Shown: positions 11,851 through 24,785, numbered from the whole stretch's first letter. The stretch: 63,423 nt of DNA, filler included, from Squatina squatina (GCA_031763465.1; 3 parts of 2 records of this genome joined end to end with filler, not necessarily neighbours in it); one strand, 5' to 3'. The notes: generated by a model from the letters alone, not told the origin. Translations and numbers: made by a program.

Positions 11851-12302
11851 GGTAGTCACAACAGGAGCATAGGTTGATGAATCAGCTCCACAATCTTGTA
11901 GCTATGCCTCCAACCCATAGTCCTTTCAAGTGAGGCTCCCATCTGGATGACAAAATGCTGATCCATTGACAGGTATTTGAACCAAATTTTTGCCACTTCT
12001 GCAATGCAGAACACATCATTTGGTTTCCATATTAAGTTCAATGTTGAAATGTTTTACCAGATATGAGTCAACTTTTTGGCAGAGTTGTCAACCATTCCTT
12101 TCCCTGTAATGATACATTTGAAATGCTGTGTCAGATCAATCATAAAGTGCAATGAAGGGTCCAGAACATCCGACTTTCTGAGATAGAGAGCAGCAGTGTG
12201 TAGTTGGGACAGAGTCATAGAATCATAGAATGAGGGAAAGAACATCAAATCAATCTCAATAATCCTTCAGTGTTCACAGATGGAGTTGTATTTCTGTTCC
12301 AG

Positions 12303-12532
12303 ATCTCTCCCAGACCTCAGATTATAATGACTACTTCAAGGACATGGACATGAACAAGATTCGAAGGATATATGACAATGACAGGATTCAGCAGCTTGAG
12401 ATGTATTATGGACAGCAACCATTTTACAATGAGTACACCCAGTATGGGCAGACGCCAGATGATTTTAATAAGTATGCCTCTGAGACTGAGGGAGACAGCG
12501 TGATTCGTCCAAGAATGTTGAATGGAAAATAA
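12303..12532 (+). pseudogene. Relaxin-like exon 2 paralog with C-peptide only; stops before any A chain (truncated gene or pseudogene)
   Basis: Phase-1 acceptor, then (D)LSQTSDYNDYFKDMDMNKIRRIYDNDRIQQLEMYYGQQPFYNEYTQYGQTPDDFNKYASETEGDSVIRPRMLNGK*; aligns to copy A up to DSV..RP; no CC-X3-C-X8-C in any downstream frame I read. Confidence 0.75.
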
Positions 12533-12857
12533 ATTACAATTTCGACAACTCTCGCTGTGCATCCACTCACCAACTGGATCAATTTTGTGCCACCTCTGTC
12601 CTCACGCAGTTCCTTTGGGGTGAAATTCCTTTCACAAAAGATAGGAAACTGCCCTTTTGCTCTACAATTAACAATCATCAAATTAAACCTCAGTCTCAAA
12701 GTCATACATTCCTCCAATGTTGTTAACGGTCCAATAATTATGGAAAAGAACAGGCAATCTTTCACTTTCTGCGAAAAAGAATTTTTGGTCTACCCGTGTC
12801 TGGCTGCATCCTGTAGTACCTGAAATTTCAAAAAAATCAAGGAAAACAAAAGAGAAT

Positions 12858-13577
12858 GGGGACAAAATTCCCTTATTTTCTCACCTCACTAGCACCTCCG
12901 GGGCGAAAAAGAAAAAAAATGTCACCGGGAGCAGCTATCTCGCCTCCCGGGAAATTCCCCAGGAGGTCCCTGAGGCACAAATTCCTTTGCGCCTCGCCCG
13001 TGGACTTTCACAATGGGTCGGCACGCAATGGGCGTCAACCCCTTACCACACTGCCGTGAACCCTTACCATCCCCGTTGCATCCCGTGGGTGAAATTCCCC
13101 ACGGGACACAATGGCCGCTCCAGTCGTGTGGCCCCTTAGAGGAGAGGGGCAGATTGCCGACGATGCCTAGTTTTAATTGTCGGCCGACTCTGTGGTCGGC
13201 TAACTGATGGCAGCCCGCGCACCGACAGGGCCACCATCCACTTACCCGGCATGCCGACTAGCATGCCAGGCTGATGGCCCGGTTGCCGGGGCCCCTGGTG
13301 GCCCAGTGGTGGGCCGTGGGGCGCCATCAGCATGGCCGGCGACCCTTCCGTTTAAGGGAGGCCTGGCCGCACTCCTGACGTCAGCGTGCTGCCGTGCCAG
13401 TGACATCCCTGGCCGGCCGTCCCAGTTCCTGCCGGGAGCGAGGGCGACATCGCTGTGCCTCGCTCCTGCCGTGGAATGCTGAATTCTGCGGTCGAAGTTG
13501 GGTACAGGAGCCTGCGAGAAAAATGCCCTTCCCACCTGCCTCCACCCCGTAGGCGCCCGGGCCCAATTTGTGTGCCC
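12858..13577 (-). mobile_element. GC-rich Harbinger-like MITE
   Basis: ggggacaaaatt ... aatttgtgtgccc ends; internal sequence is a reverse-complement relative of the element at 53503-54088. Confidence 0.6.
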
Positions 13578-13835
13578 TTGATTTCTAGAACACAATGCTG
13601 TACCAAATGGTTCCTTTTTTCGCTAGGCCATTGATTGAGCTTATTTACAGGTTCGGTGAACTTTCACTTTTTATCAACAGTTGGACTTGTGTGCACAGTT
13701 CCTGTTCAAGGGAGCCATAAGATTGGAATTTAACTTTACAAAGTTAAATTCTCCTCCTTTGCGCCCTACCTCAGATGTACAAGTGTATTCCATTCCATTT
13801 ACTGGAGCTGTACTTGGGTAAGGAGAGGATATAAT

Positions 13836-13989
13836 GGCCCCGAAATTGTAATCTCTCCGGGTGGGACCGATTTCCCAGGCACCCGGGGAGACATCGCAAA
13901 AGCCGGTTATGGGGCTGTTAATCGTAAGCCCGTATAACCGGCATTTGCGATCTGTCCAGAAACTGTCCAGATTGCTTAGAACGGTCAAA
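13836..13989 (+). mobile_element. MITE end fragment
   Basis: ggccccgaaatt terminus; shares sequence with 11752-11850 and a gcgatctgtccaga motif with 22429-22614. Confidence 0.55.
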
Positions 13990-14089
13990 NNNNNNNNNNN
14001 NNNNNNNNNNNNNNNNNNNNNNNNNNNNNNNNNNNNNNNNNNNNNNNNNNNNNNNNNNNNNNNNNNNNNNNNNNNNNNNNNNNNNNNNN

Positions 14090-14134
14090 GATGGTGAGTA
14101 TTGAAATCCCTTCTATTGACTAGGGTTGAGAAAT
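14090..14134 (+). other. 3' end of another relaxin-like exon 1 plus donor and intron start (copy C; rest lies in the gap)
   Basis: gatg|gtgagtattgaaatcccttctattgactagggttgagaaat versus copy B tatg|gtaagtattgaaatcccttctattgaccaggattgagaaat (11260-11304); the sequences diverge after that. Confidence 0.7.
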
Positions 14135-14744
14135 AGTCATTATTCAGTAACAAGATGAGTGTTAGGTGTCATTCCTATTTAAATGTGATGTGATTTTATT
14201 GATCATTGGGCCAGGAATACAGTGATGATATTAGCTTCATTATCACTAATGAATAGTCTGCTCATATACATGTGGGGCTGGCCCAAGAAAAGCCACCTGG
14301 AGTCTGAAGAATATAAAATGTTAGACTTTTTTTAATGGGTTAATAAACTTCCCAATGGCAAAGTGGATAAATACAGGACCAAACCACACAGACCAGAAGA
14401 TTCCAGGTTCAATCTTAGTCAGTGTTGAGTTAGTTGAACTCAGCTAGTTAGTGAGTCACAATTGGCCTCAGCAAGCTTGAGAAAGGGAGGGAAATAAATC
14501 AGACAGTTGCTGTCCTGACCATTGTCCATCTCCTGTTGAGCCTGTGCATGTCTCAAATGAGGACATGATGGGATTTTCTTTGCATCCACCCCAGTTACTG
14601 CCACTTCCTGGGGTTGCCTTGTAGTGGCCTCCTCTCCGTCCAATNNNNNNNNNNNNNNNNNNNNNNNNNNNNNNNNNNNNNNNNNNNNNNNNNNNNNNNN
14701 NNNNNNNNNNNNNNNNNNNNNNNNNNNNNNNNNNNNNNNNNNNN

Positions 14745-14786
14745 AGAAAGAAAAGAAAGAAAAGAAAGAAAAGAAAGAAAAAGAAA
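14745..14786. repeat. GA-rich microsatellite (agaaagaaa)n
   Basis: Directly visible at a contig edge. Confidence 0.8.
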
Positions 14787-15668
14787 CAGACTTGCATTTA
14801 TATGTTCGATCAGTAGAGGAGGGGGAAAGGAATAAAAGGATATGCTGATCGGGCGAGATAAAGCAAGGTGGCAGGAGGCTCATGTGGAGCATAACCACCG
14901 GCATAGACCAGTTGGGCTGAATGGCTTCTTTCTGTGTGTGATGTAAATTTTATGTAGTATTAATACAGCCCAAACTCATTTCTCATAGTGACTCTTACAG
15001 CCAGCAGTGAGCAGACTGACTGGCTCAGATGAATGTAATGAGAATCTCCTCCCTTTGTCAGCTGTAAGTTCATGCATGAATTAAGCTGTACGCCCTGGAA
15101 ACTACTGCAATCTCGAAAGGACAATAAGAAGAATATTTGAAACATTAAAAGGGAAGAGAATCAATTAGCATATGAAAAATAATAGCAGCTAACAAATATC
15201 CGCTTTCAAAATACAGACAATACAGATTACTCTCTCCAAACATAATTTCTGCAATTCAAATGAGTTGAACGATTTGGGACAACACTACGGAGAGAAAGAC
15301 AGCAATCTGAAATATATCTGGTGCAGCCACTCCGAGCCTCTGTGCGTCACCTCACTAGCTACAGTGCTGCTCTTCACATTCCAATAGCGGAGAAATGCCA
15401 TTTTATTTCACTTGCTGCATACAAGTTGATGACTCCCTGTAAACCCCAATAAGGTTGTACAAGTCACACCATTATGCACTTCTATAATGTCTATGTCTTC
15501 TACTATAATACATCGCTGCACATTATAGGAGTTTTTAACTAAATGGCAACAATAACCACAGGGGTGTTTCTGAGCTTTTGATTGATAAATAATTACTTCA
15601 AAGAATACTTGAACTAACTGCACACTGTTTTTATAACTGCATTTAACCCATTTTGCAAACTACAGCTA

Positions 15669-15869
<201 letters not shown>

Positions 15870-16046
15870 TTATTGAAGAGAAATAGCAGAAAACCAGTTG
15901 GCATTTAAATGAGCGATACTGCGAAAACTACCAAAACCCACCAATTAGACAAATATAAGAACGCACTATAATAAATAGTCAGGGCCTGCAGTGAATATCC
16001 TCTATACGCAATATAGCAAGATTCGTGAACTCCAAACCATATTTCA

Positions 16047-16223
<177 letters not shown>

Positions 16224-16380
16224 TCAGACAGTCACAAAAACATAACATATTCAACCATCACAACCTGAGCTATTCTGCTATCTTGCCCAAACTTAAAATG
16301 GATCCGTGTGGTTCCGTGCACAGTGGTGCTTCAACATGCTGTGTAAACAAGTGATAGGACTTGAGCTTGTACTGGTAACT

Positions 16381-16665
16381 TCCTGAACTCAATGGTGTCA
16401 GTGATGTGCATTCCCTGAACTCGATAGTGTCAGTGTTTTCCATTCCTGAACTCGATGGTGTCAGTGCTGTGCGTTTGCTGAACTCAATATTATCAGTGCT
16501 CATCATTCCCTAAACTCTACATTGTCAGTGCTGTGCATTCCATGAACTCGATAGTGTCAGTGCTGTGTTTTCCATGAACTCAGTATTGTCAGTGTTGTGA
16601 GTTCCGTGAACTCAATAGTGTCACTGTTGTGCATTCTCTGAAGTTGATAGTGTCAGTTCTGTGTG
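16381..16665. repeat. About 32-bp minisatellite in a JAK2 intron, about 9 copies, running into a gap
   Basis: Unit approximately cctgaactcgatagtgtcagtgctgtgcattc; spacing 31-32 nt. Confidence 0.85.
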
Positions 16666-16765
16666 NNNNNNNNNNNNNNNNNNNNNNNNNNNNNNNNNNN
16701 NNNNNNNNNNNNNNNNNNNNNNNNNNNNNNNNNNNNNNNNNNNNNNNNNNNNNNNNNNNNNNNNN

Positions 16766-16914
<149 letters not shown>

Positions 16915-17369
16915 TTACAGACGACAAGCAACAAATATTTACTGATAACAGAATATAAAACTAAAATTACATTAATCACAAAACATTACAACACAACCGC
17001 TAAGAGACGGTAAAAAGCATGGGCTTTCTGATTACTGGGGAACAAATTTGAACACATGGACTATTGACGATTGGTTTAACCATAGTATTTGAATAAAGCA
17101 AAATCTCTCACATACAAATAGGTTATTTTGACTTCTGCATGAAGTTAAAGATACCTAAAAATGCTGCCTCTTTAATACCTTCCTATGCCTTGGGCCCCAT
17201 TCCAATAGAGACCATATTCAATTTCAGGAGTTCTCCTCTTATCTCTGGCCAACACTTCACATAGGTGCTTCCTTTGCTGAATAATCAGAGAGATATCTTG
17301 TGATGCTCCAGTCAAAGAGAATACTGACCTACATTATTCACAAGATAATTACAGATAAGGAAGGCTATT

Positions 17370-17571
17370 TCGCTCATCTTAATTCATCTATCCAGAGAGA
17401 TCCTTGGGTCCCGTCTATTGCAGAATCCAGTTGTTTCTTAAATGATTCCAGAGCTTTTGTCTCCAACACTCTATCCAGAAGTTTTATCCATGCATTGATC
17501 ACATTGTGTAAGATTAAATTCCCATTATGAATCCTAAAATTACCGTTTACTACCTTAAACCCCTGTTGTCT
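17370..17571 (-). mobile_element. CR1-like LINE 3' fragment
   Basis: HNVINAWIKLLDRVLETKALESFKKQLDSAI is a degenerate version of the CR1 ORF2 C-terminus. Confidence 0.6.
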
Positions 17572-17841
17572 NNNNNNNNNNNNNNNNNNNNNNNNNNNNN
17601 NNNNNNNNNNNNNNNNNNNNNNNNNNNNNNNNNNNNNNNNNNNNNNNNNNNNNNNNNNNNNNNNNNNNNNNCTTTGAGCAGGTCCTCGTGGAGTCACTTG
17701 TGTCAGCATGAGGAAACTGCCAAATAAACATAACTACAAGAACTGTAGTTAAATCCAATTTTGAAGTTTGGCAGTTTCCTATGGAAGACACAGCTTGCTC
17801 AACTTGTCAGGATCTTGTGGAGGAAGGGAAGGAAAACCACA

Positions 17842-18469
17842 GAGGCAATTTCAACCTTTTCCGCCCGGAGGGCAGTTAAAATTGTCCGAGAAGACTTATC
17901 CACTGACATCCCATTCCCTTCGCCATAGACTTCAATTTTAACCAGCTCTGCTGAGCAGGCAGGAATGGGCTTCTTTAAATATGCAGATCGGGCTTTGATG
18001 ATGTCATCAGGGCCCGACTGCTATTTTAACTCATGGCCTGATTTGGGAATCCGTCGTGGTTTCCTCTGCCAGGTGAAACCAGCAGGATAAAGAGTCGGAG
18101 CCAGAAGAGGCCCACACAGGGGTAAGTTCTTAAACTTTCCTTGTAGGGCCAGGAAGAGCAGGAGTGCTCCCCCGGGCCCCAAAAAGGAATGTTTAGACAT
18201 CCCCTGTCCCGGGCTCCCCCTTCCTGATCGCAAGGCCCTGTCGGAACCCCCTCACTGCGACTTACCTGAGTGCCAGGAAACATTCCTTTGGTTCCCCGCC
18301 GGTGGCCTCATGCCACCCAGCATTCCTCTGCCACCCACCACTTTCGGGCAGGCAACTGACCAGGAACAAGCAGATGAGGCCCCGTGAGTTACAAATCACA
18401 CTGCCGAAGCAAGGACCGTTTGCTACTCGCCTCGGCTCCCCTGTCCACTTCGAGTTAAAACTGGGGCTC
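17842..18469. mobile_element. GC-rich non-autonomous DNA element (relatives at about 51020-51541 and 56715-56945)
   Basis: Inverted ends caatttcaac...gttaaaactg; shared motif gggccaggaagagcaggagtgct (cf. 51331-51355); boundaries approximate. Confidence 0.5.
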
Positions 18470-18637
18470 ACACCTCTGAATCTGTGCACAAGTCAGAAGA
18501 ACATCTCCTTGGGCCAGAATGTCTGCATAGTGCCAATCAATGAGTAATAAAAACAGTAGAATTTGGAGCCAGTAACTGTCCAACCATTACATTTAAATCT
18601 AAAAGGACTGACTATTTTTGGTTAATGGAAACATCAC

Positions 18638-18824
<187 letters not shown>

Positions 18825-19760
18825 CTAAATAGAAATCAGAGGACAGCTTAAGAAAATACATTCCTCAACTGCTATGGATGTCAATCTTAGGCATCAATCT
18901 GAAGCTAGCATCTTTTCTTCCTCACAATTATTCTATACAATGGAAATGTTGGACTATCTACCTTTAGATATTGTTGTCACTGATCTAAATATTGCCAATG
19001 TTACACTGGGAAACATCGCCTGGGGATACTGTTTCTTTATAAAATTCCCGCTGTTCTGAGCCTCAGTTTTAGCTTTTTGACAAGAGGAGTCAGCACTGAG
19101 GCTCCAAGCACAACAAAGGGGAGGGAAGGAAGGAGTAAGGGAGGGAGGAAAGGAAAAGGAAAAGGGAAAAAAAGGAAAGAAAGATCAATCTTTTGGAAAC
19201 AGTCACACTGACCAAATTATTACTAAATTATGACTACACCAAGCAACTTCTGTTACAAGCGTTCTCTTAAGAATATGCCCCATCATTGAGTTAAATCCCC
19301 AAGAATAACAGCACGTTGTCATGCAGTCTGTCCACATCTCACTGAAAGCCCTGACGGCTGTGGTCTGATCTATGAGATCAAGGCATCTAAGTGGGAAGGA
19401 GCATCTGACTTATGACAAGAGGTTCAGGAGCCTGATATTGGTTACTTTGGAGATGAGTAGGTGCAGGAGAGCCACCATTCATGATTCTTACTAGAGTAGA
19501 TTGAGATTGTCACAAACTCCAGAACCAGGGGGACAAGGGCGTAGAAGATGGAAGGTACACAGACAGTTTAGATTCAACTACTTTAAGGAGAGGGTGGCGA
19601 ATACATGGAATGGACTGCCCAAGGAGACTGTGAAGACAGACAGTGCGTAAGTATTGAATGNNNNNNNNNNNNNNNNNNNNNNNNNNNNNNNNNNNNNNNN
19701 NNNNNNNNNNNNNNNNNNNNNNNNNNNNNNNNNNNNNNNNNNNNNNNNNNNNNNNNNNNN

Positions 19761-20105
19761 CTATCCGCCTCACTGGTGACTACATTTCCGAGTTTCATGT
19801 CAGTCGAAAACGTTGAAATTATGCTCTGCATGCCCAAGTCCATATTATACATCAAAATGAGCAATGGTCCCAACATCAACCCCTGGGGAACATCACTGTA
19901 CATCTCCCTCCAGTTTGAAAAGCAACAGTTCACCACTACTCTCTGCTTTCTGTCCCTTAGCCAGTTTTGCATCCATGCAGCCACAGCCCCTTTAATCCCA
20001 TCGGCTTTAATTTTGCTAACAAGTCTATTATATAATTTATCATACGCCTTTTGAAAGTCCATATACAAATCAATCACACGGCCCTCAAAACCCTCTCCAT
20101 TCATG
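19761..20105 (-). mobile_element. CR1 LINE reverse transcriptase fragment
   Basis: YMDFQKAYDKL...WMQNWLRDRKQRVVVN...VPQGLMLGPLLILMY...FSTDMKL. Confidence 0.9.
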
Positions 20106-20378
20106 TAGCCTCTTTCTTGATGGTTAAGTTAAATTGTTCCTTCTTCATCTGTATCTATCTTGTGATTACTAGCACCAAATTCCATACAGCACCTTTTTGG
20201 TTATATGCCCACACTGATTGCAAAGGGTCCGCTGTGGTATATTACTTCTACGTTAAATCCCTGTGGGATCACAGCTTCTTCTTATCCACAGATTATCTAT
20301 CTCTAGTCTCCAGACTGAGAAAATAGTTGCCAGGTTAATGGAATGGGAAGAAAGTGATTACAAATATTTGCACTCTCA

Positions 20379-20525
<147 letters not shown>

Positions 20526-21499
20526 CTATGAAAAAAATGCTACAGTTAGATATTCTCTCTTCATCGGGCTTCAATGTACCAGTAACATGTCCATGCCTCT
20601 CCTTTGAGGAAGTGCTGGCCTCTCCTAGGCATTTCCTCCCACAGGATGGCAGAGCTTGATAACTTGTCTTGTAAAGTGTGACTCGCAGACTTTCATCCTA
20701 GCATTTGCAACACAATCCGCTTAAGCTCCTTTATCTTTCTTTTCATAAATGTCATTCACAGTTTTCAACTGCAGTGCTTGGATTTTAACACCTAAAATCT
20801 GTTGGAAGTAAATTTTTATACAGTTCTAACTATGCAGAATTAGAGGAACACACAGAACACATTCCAGGGTTAATGCTGCAATCCCAGAGAAGATGTCGAC
20901 CTCAAAGAAGGGAGGGTTGGAAATGAGGCTACAACATTATCAATTCTTTCAACTGCGAATGTCGATCTCCACGAGGGGCATGGGATCACAAAACTAATCC
21001 TTTCAACCCTTGCAACATTCTCTAAAATGAAGCTCCAATATCTATCCACCAATCATTGAAGTGTAAAGAATGGCTCGGTAAATGCTAATGGACCAAAATA
21101 AACCATTACCAGCTGCATACCGCTGTGTACTCAGCTGTATCCCACCGGGGGAGGGAGACATCGGGGGCTGGTGGAAAAGGAGGAAATCAGGGACCGGGGA
21201 GAGATCGGGGCGCAGGCATTGACAGTTTGGAGGTCAGGGATCTCGGGATCGGGAATGGCAGCAATCGGGATGGTGATTATAAGTACTTTCTTTTTTTAAA
21301 ATGTAGGTGATGTTTAGGATTGGTTTTCCCAGAAGCAGGTATTCGGTCCCTTATTTGCATATACAAAGGGAAAAACACCTGTTTCAGGCATGGGTAAAGG
21401 ACACCTCGTTTGTTGGTACCTAATATGGCGAGCGGTGTTGCCGCGATTCCTGCCTGCCATTTTGGAGCCTTCAGAGAGCAGGTTTTCCAGATGCAATTA

Positions 21500-21690
21500 A
21501 ACCCTCACAATTCCTACTCTGCACTAAATACAAGTGTGCTGAAAGAATTCCACCACAAGCTGCACAATAATCTACCTTCCGGCAGACTGCTCCCTCAAGT
21601 TCACCAGCTGACTGATGACCTCCCAAACCTGCGACCTCTACCACCTAGAAGGAGAAGGGCAGCAGGCACATGGGAACACCACCACTTCCA
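21500..21690 (+). mobile_element. LINE 3' region fragment (same family as 42370-42671)
   Basis: LPNLRPLPPRRRRAAGTWEHHH versus LPNPRPLPSRRTRAADAWEHHH at 42.6 kb. Confidence 0.7.
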
Positions 21691-21861
21691 NNNNNNNNNN
21701 NNNNNNNNNNNNNNNNNNNNNNNNNNNNNNNNNNNNNNNNNNNNNNNNNNNNNNNNNNNNNNNNNNNNNNNNNNNNNNNNNNNNNNNNNNCCCCAAGATC
21801 TCCTATATTGTGACAGTTTGGCTTATTGACTATTCCCGTAACGGTTGGAGGTTTCAACCTA

Positions 21862-22026
<165 letters not shown>

Positions 22027-22428
22027 TTATCCTTTCTTCAACCATTAACTAGATCTTGGTTTTAACTGCTGCAGTGCTGTATTTGGCTCCCACAGAACTG
22101 TAAAGCTCTGGATACTTAGAATGTTGCATTGAAATCGTAATTGTCTGTCANNNNNNNNNNATTATGATTGTGTGCATTTCGTACAACATTATTACTTCTT
22201 GGAAGTCTAATGATATGTGGGTAATAGTGAACTCCAAGGTGTGCAGAAGGAATTCTTACCATACTGATAAACATTTCAGTACAAAACTTGCTTTATACCA
22301 AATCAAATGCTGACATGGTAGAGTCTCGACCATACATTTACACAGCATTTATTGTTGTGAATTACAGCAACTGAGGGCAAATCACACGGCACATTACTAG
22401 TTCACATGTCTATGAGGTGCAAAGATAT

Positions 22429-22614
22429 GGGGCCTGAAATCCTGGTCCCTACAGGCGCATACGAGGGACCTGTCGGGGCCCCACAATTTACGGATTCAGG
22501 CACGCGAAGCGCATGCGCCTAAACCCGGAAATTGCGATCTGTCCAGATTTCTCGACAGATTGTGCGCATCCCCGGAAGAAGGGCCTTCACAGGCGGAGAA
22601 CTGCCCGACTCCTG
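22429..22614 (+). mobile_element. GC-rich MITE end fragment
   Basis: ggggcctgaaat terminus; CpG-rich; shares a motif with 13836-13989. Confidence 0.5.
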
Positions 22615-23239
22615 NNNNNNNNNNNNNNNNNNNNNNNNNNNNNNNNNNNNNNNNNNNNNNNNNNNNNNNNNNNNNNNNNNNNNNNNNNNNNNNNNNNNNN
22701 NNNNNNNNNNNNNNAATTAAAAATGCTTTTTTTTTGTGATAATCCCATTTTTCAACTGTATTAATAAAACTGCGTCAGGTTACCACTCTTAATAAATCAA
22801 GGAATATTTTACAATTGCGTTCTAAGATACACAAATGAGTTTGAGTGGTAACATGAGCAAAAAAAAAATCACTTCTGAAGATTAGCGCAATTTGTGCCCG
22901 GATTGCTGATTGCATCTAAAGCAGAAACTCTTGGCCATAATGACTTTTTTTTCCCTAAGAGTATTTAGCTAAGAATATTTAGCTTTTACTGTTATGTGCC
23001 AGACATGGCAGAATGTAGTAAGTGAAAATGGATAATAAAGATGCTAATGAATTGAGAGTTAAAAGTACATAGTATCTCACACATTTTATACACCTAAACT
23101 ACAATCTAGTATTACCAAGCATTCTGATAACAATTAACAGAAAATACTTGATCTGTTTTAATTTAGTTCACACTTTTAAAAATTAATTACTTGCAACCTT
23201 ATACATCTGAACTATAGTACAGAACTTTTGCATTAGGTC

Positions 23240-23625
23240 CTGTTTCCTGGGACTTGAGTGCATAATCTAGTGTGACAATTAAGTGTGATACTGAGGTTGC
23301 TTTGGAGTTTGGGAAGTGCAATCTTTCAGATGAGATGTCAAACTGAGGCTTCATCTGCCTATTCAGGTGGACATGAAAGATCCCACAACACTATTTGTAG
23401 AAGAGTAGGGGTGTTCTTCCAGTTTTAACCAACACTTATCCCTCCAAAGACAGAATAACTGGTCAGTTATCTCATTGTGATATGTAGGGCCTAGCTCTGC
23501 AGAAATTCTCTGCTCTATTTGCCTACAAAACAACAGTCACTGCAAGCCAAAAGTAATTCATTAGTTATAACGTGCTTTGCAATGGCCTGAGAATGTGAAA
23601 GGTGCTATATAAATGCAAATTCTTT
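23240..23625 (+). mobile_element. Shark tRNA-derived SINE (HE1-like), decayed
   Basis: atctttcagatgagatgtcaaactgagg...caggtggacatgaaagatccca...aggtgctatataaatgcaa tail; family name from recall. Confidence 0.6.
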
Positions 23626-23797
23626 CAAATTATTTTTAAACTATTCGGAATGTTATACTTTATGGTCTATACATCAATAAGATTCCGTGCAATCTACATA
23701 TTAATGTACTGTAGCTGCTTCAATACTAATTCTGTGTTAGTGAATTTCTTACCATATTAGAGAAAATTCCCTAAATGACACTGTTGTGTAACTGCAG

Positions 23798-23977
23798 CCT
23801 ATACTGAAGAAGTACCAAGATCGCAAACAGCCAGAATACATCTATGAAAAGAATAGAGAGCAATTGATAGCTGCAGGATGGCGTCCAGCCAGTGTACCAA
23901 AGAAGCGTTCACGAATTGCTACTTCAGATTCAACCACATCTTTCCCACGGCTCTTAATTGACTCTCAAAAGAAACAG
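23798..23977 (+). CDS. DNAH6: Dynein axonemal heavy chain 6, N-terminal exon
   Basis: 180-nt AG/GT exon PILKKYQDRKQPEYIYEKNREQLIAAGWRPASVPKKR... (human PVLKVYQDHKQPEYIHEQNRFQLMTAG). Confidence 0.85.
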
Positions 23978-24785
23978 GTTTGAACAAAGTTTTAAAAATA
24001 TGTACATTTTATTCTATTTTTTTTCTTCTGATGTACCTAGCCTCAACATTTCTGCTGTCAGGAGAATAGTTGTTCAGCTCTTATATTGCTGAAATGCACC
24101 TGCTTGATTTGCCAATAGATGCTAAGGTCCATACACTCCCCTCCAATTTTTGGTTCTTCGAAGAAAACACTGAAATCTCCATTCAGTGCTTCCCCACTTT
24201 GCAAAGCTCAATTTGAGAGCTTGACAGAATAGCAATTTAAATGAATTTTGACCTCATTTCATGGTTCAGTGCCATTGCACTGCTCTGTTTATAAAAAAAA
24301 TATATATAATTTGACTTCATCCAATAGTAGCTTATAGTTGACTGAAGAAAAATAATTGTATTTCAATATCCAAATAATTGGGCCTTCAGAAGCAAATTGT
24401 TGAACTTTCATATTTCCTACTTTTTCAATGATTTATTTTCTTCTGGATATGTGGAAAAACAAATCCTTGGACGATGAAGCCAAGAGAATTGATATACATT
24501 GGGATATTAAAAGGATAATGTAAGCCTTTATTTAAAATAATATAGACATATAATTCACTATTGTGAATGTGTGTTTTGGAGTTATATCCACATTATCTTC
24601 TTAATGTTTGATTTGCTTTATTGGTTGCAGCTTCAGTGAAAAACTTAAGTAGAATTTCTAAGATAGGAGCATTCGCTCCTTTGTCAACACTCTAGAGAAT
24701 GACCAAATTAGTTTGATGTCTTTATATTCAGTTTGCTATTGAATGGAACTATTTTAATTTAAAACACATTATTCATATTGCACAG

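Noticed and set aside
12856-13606. Many overlapping GC-rich ORFs (also at 34.5-35.0 kb and 53.5-54.0 kb)
   Set aside because: They lie inside MITEs; high GC depletes stop codons
14960-15300. Possible JAK2 final exon (an SFRD motif appears in a minus-strand ORF)
   Set aside because: No IYxIMxECW...RPSF context; the true exon is probably in a gap
16381-16665. Array of about 32-bp repeats
   Set aside because: Degenerate intronic minisatellite without spacers
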